Assembly (NCBI GenBank): GCA_965644295.1
Contig: CBFFRP010000069.1
Span: 186,001 to 250,000 of the forward strand
DNA length: 64,000 bases
Origin: Paraphysomonas bandaiensis
Taxonomy: Eukaryota; Protista; Chrysophyceae
Direction: 5' to 3'
Shown: in pieces, positions 49,999 to 62,239 of the stretch
How the letters are laid out: each line of letters begins with the position of its first letter
Numbering within the stretch: position 1 is the stretch's first letter
Notes under the pieces: generated by a model
What the model saw: only the letters and a program-made list of their open reading frames with translations
What the model was told of the DNA's origin: nothing
Databases searched by the model: none
Made by a program: the position numbers and the translations under genes

Positions 49999-52900
49999 AT
50001 GTCAACTTCTGTTATGGTAGCGAATGCTAGTTGTAGGGATGGGGAAGATGACAAGAAGCTACGGTTTGACAAGAACCAAGCAGACTATTCAGCGAGAAAA
50101 ATCAAGATGCATCTAATGAAGAAAAACCGAAACCATCTTGGCTTGGAGGACCCGCCAGCCGGAGGAAGGAATTTAGAGTCATGGAGAGAGCGTAATGATA
50201 CCTGTGTTAGTACTATTTGGGAGGCTTGCGAGCATGACCCTGATGTGTTGGAGGTAGCCAATCAATATTTGGAGGGGAAGGCAATTTTACCTGCTGATGA
50301 TCCTGCTAAGGAGGTGTTATCCAGTGAGCTCCTTCAGACACTGGTTGATAGGTTTAGAGGCGAGATTGGGACTGTATTGGAGAAGACTACGGCAGAATAC
50401 CATTCGTTCAAAATAAGGCCGGGGGAAAAGGTGTCTGTTGGGGTAGATCGACTGAACGGTATAATCCAGAAGCTCATAAAATTGGGACAACCGCAGACAG
50501 AGGCAAGTAAATTAGCAAAGATAAAAGCAGCGCTGCAGATAGAGGAATTACATGATTTATGGATGTCGGTAGCGATGATGCCTAAAGCAACAACTACATT
50601 TGATTCGGTGAAAGAGGCTTGTGAAGAGTATGACGAGGCTATGACGCAGCTGAAGAAACTAAAGGGAGACAAATCTGAAGAGATCAATTTTACGGCGTCG
50701 AAGGAGCCAGTGGTTTGTTCATTTTGTCGGAAGAAGGGACATGTAGCAGCGAATTGTTATGCTAAGGAACGACAAAGAAAAATGGATAAGTTCAAAAGAA
50801 AAGGGAAGACAAAGGAAAAGGCTTCGAAGAGTGTGCAGCAGCCAGGATCAAAGGATTATACTGGTTGTCATATCTGTGGAGATTTTAGTCATAAAGCCCG
50901 ACAGTGCAAGTCGAAAAAACGGAAGAACATAAAAAACCCGGATAATGAGAATCCTCGAAAATCGAACAGGAAATTCGAGACAGAATGGAAGAAATACGTC
51001 AACGACGGAGAGTCGTCGGATGATGAAGCGAATATGTTTGGAGAAGAGGTTTTGCTATCGGTGGATACGTCGGAAGAACCTCGTGTATATCTGGACAGTT
51101 GTGCAAGTAAAAGACTGTTTATAGTAAAGGATAAAATTGCACTGGAGTCATTTACTCCTGAGTTTGGGGCAATCCAACTAACTAGAAAGGGTTCTCAATT
51201 GGAGACACAGGGGGCTGGTACATTCGGGGAATGGAGAGACATCAGAGTTAGTGAAGAAGCGGTGAAGAACATTGTGTCAGGAGGAATGCTGAGATCAATG
51301 GGATACGGATTACAACTGCTTCGAAAGCCTAAAATCGTGGAATTGGACTCTGGAAACGAGGTGTTGACTGGAGAGTACGATGAGCATGGAGGAATGCCGT
51401 ATGTGGACTTGATGGAGGTGTTAAATCTGCCAAATGTGTCTATGTGCAATCAGATGGAGGAGGTAAATTTGTCGGATAATACAGGACAAGATGCGTTGGA
51501 TCGCTTACATGAGCGTACTGGACATGTCTCGAAATCGAAGTTATTAGAAGCTCACCGACACATGTTATTCAGAGGATCAGGACTACAACGACATCACCTT
51601 TCGAAGGCAAAGGAGAAGAGTTGCAAGAAACCCCTGTGTAAGTGGTGTGCCAAGGCGAAGATAACCAGGCATTCGTTCAAATCACGGGACAACGAAGAGC
51701 TAAGCGCAGTCAGGTTTCTGGAACGAGTGACAGCGGACATCTCAGTCTACCTCAATTGTGAATCCAGACAAGGGTATAAGTACGTGCTCCTATTTACGGA
51801 CTTAGCAACAAAAATGATATGGGAATATGGATTGAGGACTCGAAGCGGAGAGGAGGTATTCAAATGTCTACGACACTTGTGCGAGGTCCACTTAGTGAAG
51901 TACGAGGGGTGGAACCGTATAGTGGAGTATCATGCCGATGGAGGATCCGAACTTATTAGTCAGCAGATAAGAGAGTATCTGTTGCAGCGATATGGGACTC
52001 GGGTGTCACATACAACACGAGACACGCCAGAGCTCAACGCGGTGTCTGAGAGGAAATTCCGAACAATTGGGGAGATGACACTGACGATGTTGACGGCATC
52101 TGGACTTCCAAAGTCGTTCTGGTTTGATGCTTATCAAACTGCATGTTACATTGTGCGACGAATGCCAACTCGGACGTGGCAAGGATGGATGTCTCCATAT
52201 GAGTGTGTCCCAGGGGGGAGCGTTCCCAGCCTATCGTGGCTACGGAAATGGGGGTGCAAAGCATATGTGCTAACACCCAAGGCCGACAGGAGGAAGGACT
52301 GGGAGGACAAAGCAATGACAGGTTATTTCATAGGGTATCCAGCTGATCGAAAAGGATACAAGGTGCTAGTGTGGGGGACACCGTAGTACACTCTGTACAT
52401 GTATTATTTGATGAATCGGTACCTGAGAGGTCTCAGGATTATTATAGAGAGCTGGAGGAGGCTCAAGTGGCTATAGATCCCGAGGCTCGTCAACCGGGTG
52501 AGTTTGAGTATCTTATCGGAAAGCACCATGAGGATGGTGGTCTGCTATACAAGACTAACAGAGTGGTGATAAGGAAGGGACTTATTGTGGGATACCGGTC
52601 GTTGGTTACTGGTAACCAGGTTCAAGTGGAGGATAAAACTCCTATTCATATTGCTGACATCAAGAAGATGACAGAGGATCTTGCGCAGAGGGTGGTTAGG
52701 GCCAGAGTTACTGACAACCGTGACGGCGGTATCAGCGGAGTGGTGCCACAGCAGTCGGAAAGTGGGCAGGTGCAGCCCCAGGCTGACTCAGCATTACCTT
52801 CGGGGGAAGGGACCCCTGCCGAGAATCATCCGCACGGCAAACGCGCAAGAACTCCAAGGACGGTAACGAATGTGTCGGTGTTAGGACAAATCCATCATTT

Positions 52901-54603
52901 GAGTGATGAGAGTGATGTGAGTGACCTTTTACAGGAGGCAGACTCAGTGTGGATGTCAGCGGAAGAGTCGACAGTGCCTCAGACACATCGTGAGTCCTTG
53001 GAGAGTGCCGAGCACAGGGAGTGGAGACGAGCTCGCCGTGTAGAGCGAGAGGGTTTGGCGAAGCGAGATACCATGGAGGTGACTCGTATACCGGACGGAG
53101 TCGTCCCACTGCACTCCAAGTACGTCTATGGAAAGAAGTACGATAAGGAGGGAGAGGTCCGCCGATATAAGGCTCGTCTTGTAGCAATCGGTTGTGGACA
53201 GCAGTCGAGTGGTTGGGCGAACCATTTCGCACCCGTTGTTAAGGGGGTAACAGTGCGACTGTTAATCGCCATAGCTTTCGTGATGAACATGGTAATTCAT
53301 CAACTGGATGTGTCTAACGCATTTCTATATGCAGATATAGAGGGGGATGTATATATGAAGGCAACTCCGGACTTTCAGCTGCCTGAGGGGTACTGCTTTA
53401 AGTTGAAGAAGTCGTTATACGGGCTTCGGAGTTCCCCGCGGTCGTGGTGGAAAACATTGGATAAATTCATACGATCTATGCATTTTAAACCATGTGTATT
53501 AGACCCGTGTTTGTATTATCAGTATAAGGGCGATGAATTGATATTATTAACGATATATGTGGATGATATCCTAGTGTTAGGTCGTGATGTCAACATAGTG
53601 AAGGATATTAAAGCTCAACTGTGTGCCCGGTTTGATATGAAGGATATGGGCGAGATGGAACATTTTCTGAATGTTCGAGTCACAACTTAGAACGCCAGAG
53701 TATATTCGTCTTGACCAATCAGTATATGCGGCTAAGATCTTAGAAAAGTTTGAAAAGTATCTTGGGCCACCGCGAAAGGTACGGAAGAGTCCTCTACCGG
53801 CGGAAGCAATGGATTTAGTGGCAAAAGGGGCGCGGCATGAGCATACCGAGGAGGAACAGCTTATAGTAGATAACTTCCCATATCGGCCGCTGATAGGTGC
53901 ATTACTATATCTATCGATGAACACGAGGCCGGATATTGCCTATGCAGTGGGAGTACTGTCTCGGTTCAGTAATAAGGTGAATATTGAAGTATGCAAGCTA
54001 TTAACACATGTATGGCAATATATTCGTGGTTCTATTGACAAAGGGATTCAATATGGGAGTAGACGGTTCGACTTCCATATGTTTACTGACGCGGATTGGG
54101 CGGGAGATCAGCTCTCCAGGAAGTCCACGTCGGGGTACGTTGGGTTTGCAGCGGGAGGGCCTATAGTCTGGCAGTCCAAACTGCAGACGACAGTGGCAAC
54201 GTCAAGCATGCAGTCTGAGTATCAGTGTATTTACTCGGGTCTCCAAGAAGTGCTATGGGTTCGGGGGGTGACGGGTGAGATTAAGTTGAGGCTCATCAAA
54301 CCCACACCATTCTTCATCGACAGTCAGAGTGCCCAGGATTTGGCCGAAAACCCAGTGTTTCACAAGAAGTCGAAGCACATTGAGATTAAGTATCACATGG
54401 TGAGAGAGCACGCGGATCCCAATCAGTTCAATACGATTAAGTTAGTGCATGTGCATACATCGCAACAAGCAGCAGATATTTATACAAAGTCATTGGTTGG
54501 TTTATCATATATGGAGCAGAGAAAGAGAAATCTTGGAGAGAAAGTTAAGAGTTCCACTGAAGTGATTAATGAGGGACCAAGGGATAAAAGAAGGCGCAAG
54601 TAG
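49999..54603 (+). CDS. Copia Gag-Pol of element 1 (two frameshifts, near 52370 and 53685)
   Basis: Two CCHC knuckles, protease LDSCAS, HHCC + DDE integrase, RT (LKKSLYGL, YVDD), RNase H (DADWAG, KHIEIKYH); order PR-IN-RT-RH. Confidence 0.95.
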
Positions 54604-54987
54604 GTACTGAGTTTTTTAGACACAGAGGTTTAGACTTAGAGATGAGTCTATTTTACTGTCAAGAATTTTTTTATCTCAGGCATTCAATAGCTGGGAGGCG
54701 TCATAGTACAGCACTCAATTGAGGGGGAGTGTTGAGATCTGAAGATTCTATATACTTGCAATTGAGTGCAGTATTATGTGAGATGCAAGGATCGAAAGAT
54801 ATATATGTAATTAGTACATTATATTATGTAGTATGAAACTGAAGTAGAAGTGGATGACTATACAGGATACGATCACTGAGTGTGTGGTTTGTACACTATA
54901 GTAGTAAATGAATGGTGTTGAACACATCGAACACAACTTAGGTTCTTTATCATGTAATGTTTATAATTTCATCTTATCAGTTGAGAA

Positions 54988-57900
54988 TATTAGAATATGG
55001 ATCTTATTCTAGTATATTCAGTATGTCACTTCAAGACAATGTACGAGAATACAGTGAAATATAGTGATGTACAAATGCTGTGATGATATTGAGAAACTGA
55101 AATAGTTTGATCGTTCAAGATATGTTCAGTAACGAGAGGTTCGCATATGTAGGATATTATGCAGGGATTATAATGAGTTAGTGTTGGTTATCACAACTTC
55201 GTGTAAACGATACTAATAAATCTATCTAGTCTTACGACAAATTCTCTCTGTGATCTAGTGTAAAATGAGCGTTTCTCAACATGGTAGCGAGCGAGGAGGA
55301 GAGAAGGAGGATAGAGGAGTAGTGCCACAGTTTAATGAGAGCAATGTTGAACAATGGATTGAAGACTTCGAAACGTTCCTCATGAGGAAAGAGCAAAGTG
55401 AAGTAGCTGTGGAGCCACCACCGAAGGAGAGCGACTTCGGGGAACAGCCACTCACGTTAATGGAGGAGAAGTCTTACAGACAGGCTGTGAAGAAGTACTG
55501 GAAGGCGAATGCCATAGCGTATTCGTACTGCAGAGAGGCAGTGCAATCATCTTCGAAGGCGCTTCAGAAATTCCATCTTCTACATAAAGGGTTCAAGGCT
55601 GATGGAAGTGGAAGCAACAGGTTTAAGGCGCATATTATGATTGATGAGTTGAAGAAGTGCTTTGCTGGAGGGAAGCAAAACAAGATCAGTGAGCTGTTGA
55701 CTCAGTATGGCTCTTTCCGTATGCGTCCGGAGGAGACTGCGAAGGACTATATAATACGGTTTGAAATACTGCTGAAAGAGCTACAGGAGCAGCAGCAGGA
55801 CATATCGGAGCTCTCAAAAATAACACGGTTACGAGAAGGTCTGTTGAATGAAGAATATGCTCCTCTGAATGTTGCTTTGTATTTGATGCCTGATGATGTT
55901 GATTATGCAACATTATCAAGGAAGATAGAACGGTATGATGATACCATTCCTGGAAGGATTGCGTTAGAGCGGAAACGCAAGAAGGTGGAGGAGCTGAACT
56001 TCATTGAAAAGAGCAAACGGTCTCGAACGGAACGGGATAAGCGTAAGAAGGGCAACTGTAGATATTGCAGGAAAGAAGGAATTCCTCATAGCCATTCAAC
56101 TGAACAGTGCAGGAGGAAGCAGAGGAAGAAGGATGGAGAGATATCAGGGCAGCGTCCTGGAAGTGCTGAATACACGGGATGCAGAAATTGCAAGTCTCTG
56201 GAACATCTTGCTGCTGATTGTCCAACGACGAAGAAAAAGCATTCTAGAAGAGGAGAGAAAGGGAAGAATCATGGTAGGAAGCCGGACAAAAGGCTGCTGA
56301 CAGTAGAGAATATACGGCGTGGAGAACCAGCAGATTTCTCTGATGAAGATGAAGCAAATATGATCGAGGATGTTATGAAATTGTCATGCAATATACATGA
56401 AACGAATATATGTAGTGTAAATGATGACATGCATTATACATATATTGACACCTGCTGTTCATCATCAATGTTCTTGATGAATGATGTGACCATGCTTGAC
56501 ACTCATATGAATACATCAAAGGTGATAAACGGCTCTAAGAAGGGATCAGAGATTCATATCACAAGTGTGGGTTCCCGTGGAGCATGGAGAGACATAGAAA
56601 TTTCAGATCAGATCAATCGATGCCTGTGCTCCGGACGTAAGCTGAACGAAATGGGCTATCGATTCACGGTGTGGTATGGGATCCAAATTTATGACTGTAA
56701 TACTGGTGAACTGGTACTGGAGGGACCCATGAAGAATGGAATGACTGCAGTTCCAACTCAGCAGCTGTTGGAGCTTCCAGATGTGTCTACACCGAGTAAT
56801 TGTGAAGTAAATCTTAGCGATAGGACTGGTGAGGACGAGCTGGAGTTGCTGCATCGGAGAGCGGGTCACTTCAACAAACATGCGTTAGTGGAGGCACATA
56901 AGAGGATGCTCATCATGGGTACAGGGTTGAAACGGAAACACCTCACAGCCAAGGTACACAAAAATCAGTGTTTGTGTGATGTGTGTGCCAGGTCTAAGAT
57001 AACCCGAGTCAGCTTCCGAACGAAGGACGAGAATTCCGTTAGACCGAATTTTTCAGCAGATATCGCTGTGTACTTAAATTGTCCTGCTAGAGGAGGTGAG
57101 AGGTATGTGTTAAAGATAACGCATCATGCCAGCAAAATGTTCTGGGCGACGGGTTTAGTCCACAGAACTGGGGAAGCGGTCTTAGAAGTCTTCAAAGAGC
57201 TATTTAGAGGAGATGTTAGAAGGTACAAGCTCAAGATGGAGCACTATCATGCCGATGGTGCAGGAGAATTAATCAGTGAGGAGCTGCGTCAGTATCTTAG
57301 GACACAGGAGTGCTATCAACATACGTGGAGCTCAACAGACTCTCCAGAAATGAATGCCATAGAGGAGAGGAAGTTCAGAACTGCTGGAGAGATGACTCTT
57401 GCAATGCTAATCCAATCTGGACTGCCACCGCAATTTTGGCTGGATGCATACATGGCAGCCAGATATATTTTGATTCGATTGCCAACGAAAACAGATAAAG
57501 GGTATATGTCTCCTATAGAGTTTCTAACGGGCGAGCCTCCAAATTTGAGATATCTTAGGGTATGGGGGTGTCGAACTTATGTTCTTTCACCGAAGGCGGA
57601 TCGACGAAAGGATTGGGAGGATAAGGCTCTAGTTGGATATTTAATGGGTTACTCTGATGAGAAGGTAGGATACCATGTATATCTTCCTGAATCAAACAAG
57701 GTGGTGACTACAGTCCATATATTGACTGATGAGTCAACGCCATCACGATCAGAGAAGTATTTCGCAGAGATTGATGCTCTTCGAGTGCGGGAGGCCGCTA
57801 GACCCAAGCTTGCATCCGACTATGTCAGCTTAGAAGGAACGTATCATATTGATGATGAGGACGGACTTCTGTATAAGACAACAAGAGTTGTAGAACGTAA

Positions 57901-60494
57901 GGGTGTGATTGTAGCATACCGTTCACTTGTTACTGCAGGTCGCGAGCATATAGAGCACCGGGTGCCTATACACGTCGAAGACGTGGTGCGTATGACTGCA
58001 GAAACCCCCGGGAATACCGGGTACATAGGAAAGGGGGACGCCCTGAGTACTACGCCAGCCAGGGAGCTGGACCAGGGAAGACCTGGAGGGTTCCAGGAGA
58101 GTCCTGACCCAACCTGTCAACAGACAGTCGTGAGGTTGCAGACCTCGACAGACCATGGGTCTGGGGATGCGAGCGGGGCTCCTCCCACACCGCAAGATTT
58201 GCGGGCTCAGGATGAGCAAGGTATGGGTTCGTATATATCTACTAGACGACCTATTGAACTAGATGGTGATGGTCGTGTACGGCGGAAACGGCTACAGCGT
58301 AGGTTGGCGAACGCATCGGTGTTAGGAGAAATAAATATGGTTGAGGTGCCAGATGCATGCACTGTTAACTTTAAACATGCAGAGTTTCAACATGATGACT
58401 TTAAGATACCAGACTCCTATGCTGAAGCAGAGAGATCTCCACAGTACATGAAGTGGAGAGAAGCTCGGAAGGTGGAGAAGACCTCACTACTGAAGAGACG
58501 TGTCTTAAAGATTGTGCGGACTCCACGAGGAGTGAAGTTGGTGCGAGCAAAGTATGTTCACACGGTGAAGAGAGACCTTCTGGGGAATGTAGTCAAGTAT
58601 AAGGCGCGGCTGGTTGCATTAGGGAATCTACAAGAAAAAACGGAGGAGGAGCAGTCCACGTTTGCTCCAGTGGTCAAAGGAATAACCATTCGACTGGTGC
58701 TTGCAATTGCCTTTATGTTTCATATGCATGTACATCAGTTGGACGTATCATCAGCGTTTTGTTATGCCGATCTTGAAGAGGATGTTTATATGGCACCTCC
58801 ACCTGATGAAGAGTTGCCAGCGGGGTGGTGTTTTCAATTGATCAAGGCCTTATATGGTTTGCGGTCATCACCGAGGCAGTGGAACAAGCATATTGACAAG
58901 TTCATCAAATCGTTACATTTTACTGCTTGCATTTTAGATACATGCTTGTATATGCGATGGAGTAATGGTCAATTGCACTTATTGCTGATATATGTTGATG
59001 ATATTATCATTGCATCTGCTGATCTCACCTACTTAGAAAGTGTTAAACGTAGGTTCTGCGAAACGTTTGAAATGCACGATCTGGGTGTGTGCAAACGGTT
59101 TCTGAATATCAGAATCACGAGAGGCGAGGACTGGTACATGTTAGATCAATCGGAATATGCCAAGAATATTGTAAAGAAATTCAGTTCGTTTATGGGAAAG
59201 AGCAGTAAGAATAAGGAGACTCCACTACCTACCAATGTTCAGGATTTGTTGGCAGAGCAACGTGAGCTGACGGAGGAGCAGAAGCAGTGGGTCGAATCAT
59301 TTCCGTATAGAGGAATTATTGGAGCGGTGTTGCATTTGGCGATTCACACTAGACCTGATCTGGCTTACGCTGTGGGGTTATTGGCTCGATTTAGTACTTC
59401 TCCAACATATGCGACTTGCAGATTAGCTATTCATTTGTTGAAATATTTCCGTGGTACAGTTGATAAGGGAATCAGATTCAGTGGGAGTGAGTTTGATTTA
59501 CATGTATTCAGTGATTCAGACTGGGCTGGTGATAGGATGACTAGGCGGTCCACAACGGGATACATCGTGCTTTTATGTGCGGGCGCTTTGGCCTGGCAGT
59601 CCAAGCTTCAGACCACAGTTGCGACTTCGAGCATGGAATCTGAGTATATGGCGGAGTATGCGGCTTTGCAAGAACTGGTGTGGCTTCGGGGGTGTTCAAG
59701 GAGCTCGGACTCTTGGTAGCGAAGCCGACTCCATTCTTTATGGATAGTAAGAGTGCAAAGGATCTTTCAGAGAATCCAGTGTACCATAAGAGGTCGAAGC
59801 ATATTGACATCAAGTATCACTGGATAAGAGAACATGTTAATGGAAAATTTCCTACAGCAAAGTTGATTCATGTATCTACGGATGATATGGCGGCCGATAT
59901 TTTTACAAAGGCGTTGTCCACGAAGATCTTCAGCCGTCATGAGAAAACGATTACCGGGGTTAAGAGGAGTGTGTCTAACAGTGTGGAGGAGCAGCAGAAG
60001 AAACGACCCCGAAGAGGTTAAAGGTGTGTTTTAGTGGGTGAAAATCCCACATAACTGTATATCTAGTTGACTGCTAGATATATATGTATCTTTAAAAGAT
60101 TTCACATCTGTTTTTACCTATGGGACTAGATAGTCATAGCATTATCAGATTATTGTGATCACTGCTGTTTTATCTCACTGCATTCTACATTGAGTGGGAG
60201 TATTAGAATATGGATCTTATTCTAGTATATTCAGTATGTCACTTCAAGACAATGTACGAGAATACAGTGAAATATAGTGATGTACAAATGCTGTGATGAT
60301 ATTGAGAAACTGAAATAGTTTGATCGTTCAAGATATGTTCAGTAACGAGAGGTTCGCATATGTAGGATATTATGCAGGGATTATAATGAGTTAGTGTTGG
60401 TTATCACAACTTCGTGTAAACGATACTAATAAATCTATCTAGTCTTACGACAAATTCTCTCTGTGATCTAGTGTAAAATGAGCGTTTCTCAACA
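54988..60494 (+). mobile_element. Ty1/Copia LTR retrotransposon 2 (nested)
   Basis: LTRs 54988-55281 and 60201-60494 (294 bp); TSD gagaa (54983-54987, 60495-60499); PBS TGGTAGCG at 55282; PPT gagtgggag 60192-60200. Confidence 0.97.
55265..60021 (+). CDS. Copia Gag-Pol of element 2 (one frameshift in a G-run near 59690)
   Basis: 1484-aa ORF plus RNase H tail in another frame; IDTCCS, integrase, YVDD, DSDWAG, KHIDIKYH. Confidence 0.95.
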
Positions 60495-60843
60495 GAGAAT
60501 AGTAAACCTTAGCAAATAATGTCAACTTCTGTTAGAAAAAAATAGCATACTGTGAATGGCTGCATACTCTATTTACAACAACAGTGTAGCGTCAGAATGA
60601 CAGGGACTATGACTATGAATGAATCTGTTCAACGGGGTGTTGAACCAAGAAATGTGACCACTACAGGGCACCACCTCTCATAATGAGACAACCATCACAA
60701 ATCAAGGAATACTAACGATAGAAAAGATATTTTGAGTAGATTTAGCAGGACTATTAATTATAACATGTCAGTTACCACAACTACCATTGCAGTTTTAAAC
60801 AAATTCATTACTATAGTTTGCGATAAAACAAAAGATAACAGGT

Positions 60844-61221
60844 TTAATTGTCATCTGATTCGTCAGAACTCCCATATGATGCAGAGCTCTCTGCACGAAA
60901 TTTTTGATATCTACACTCCGCATCCATTCCTGTAATCTGTCCACGAGTTTGTCTTCTAGATTTTTGAGTTGACATACGAAGTGCTGTTCTAATATGCACA
61001 ATTTCATCAATACAACGGTTAAAATCATCGACCTCATCGTAACCATGTACTAAATCGCTCGCATCATAAACAACTTCAGAAAAACCAGCATCTTTAGCAT
61101 ATTGTCCCAATAATTCACGTAATCTGCATACCTCACCCCGGGCAACATCTAAACTCTGTGTACTCGATATATCAGAAGCATCTGTTGGTTTCTGTAATTC
61201 TATACTTGCAGCAGCACCCAT
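60844..61221 (-). CDS. Small putatively N-myristoylated protein (125 aa) with a twofold internal repeat
   Basis: MGAAAS start; 'DASDI..EVCRLR.LL' and 'DASDL..EIVHIR.AL'. Confidence 0.7.
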   Translation of the reverse strand: MGAAASIELQKPTDASDISSTQSLDVARGEVCRLRELLGQYAKDAGFSEVVYDASDLVHGYDEVDDFNRCIDEIVHIRTALRMSTQKSRRQTRGQITGMDAECRYQKFRAESSASYGSSDESDDN

Positions 61222-61907
61222 AATTAAAGGGGTACAGGAATTACACAATCAATGTTATGTTTATAATGAATTCAGATATTTAGATGAAGAAAGGTGTGTA
61301 TGTATATATATGTAATCGTTTAGTGTGATGGGATTGTTAATTACATACCATACCATACATCCGTCACCTGTTTGACGTATACTTCATATGGTGGTGTGTA
61401 TGTATATGCGATTATTGTAGACTATGTACATTTGCAAACGTGTACTTTTCTACCTTCGTACAAATACATACTTTATGTACATATATACTGTACCTACCTA
61501 CAGTACCTACTGTACATGCATACACACCTATCTACAGTGTATGCATACATACACACTGGTACATACACACATGCATACGTACGTATATACATACAGCATA
61601 CAGCCCAATACGTACCTACCTACCTACCTACCTACCTACATACATACACACACCTACCTACCTACTCATATATACCTTATGTATATCAGTGGTGGACTAT
61701 TGTCGAATCATTTTCCAATTGATTCGTTGTCAGACAATCCCATTCTGTTGAATGGCTGTGAAGTCTATCTCACTTCATTATGAAGTATGAAGTGAAAGTC
61801 TAAACATCCCCCCATCAGTCAATTCTCTCACTATATATACATACATACATCAGCTTACACTCATAGTTAAACTCATCATTAATCTTCATAGTTAAGAGTG
61901 TTTAATT

Positions 61908-62208
61908 ATGGCAAGACATAATGCTGGTAAATTAAAACAAACAAATAAAAAACATAAAGGATCAAGTAGTAAACGTGAAATTAAAAATAGTTTTGGGGCA
62001 GGAAAAGTTGCATCACGTGTAGGAAAGCGTACATCTATTAAAACTATAGCACAGTATGTATACATTACACTGATATCTATCTATCTAATTCTATTATAGA
62101 GATAATCGTCAAAATAGAATTAATAAAGCCAAACAATTACAAAAAGCTAAACGAACTAATATATGGTTACAAAAACGTATTGGTATGTATATATATTACG
62201 ATGAATAG

Positions 62209-62239
<31 letters not shown>

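Larger units (their letters stand above)
49722..60534 (+). mobile_element. Ty1/Copia LTR retrotransposon 1 (outer); 3' LTR split by element 2
   Basis: 5' LTR 49722-50014 (293 bp); 3' LTR 54730-54987 + 60500-60534 (293 bp); TSD gaaaa; PBS TGGTAGCG at 50015; PPT gagggggag 54721-54729. Confidence 0.97.
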
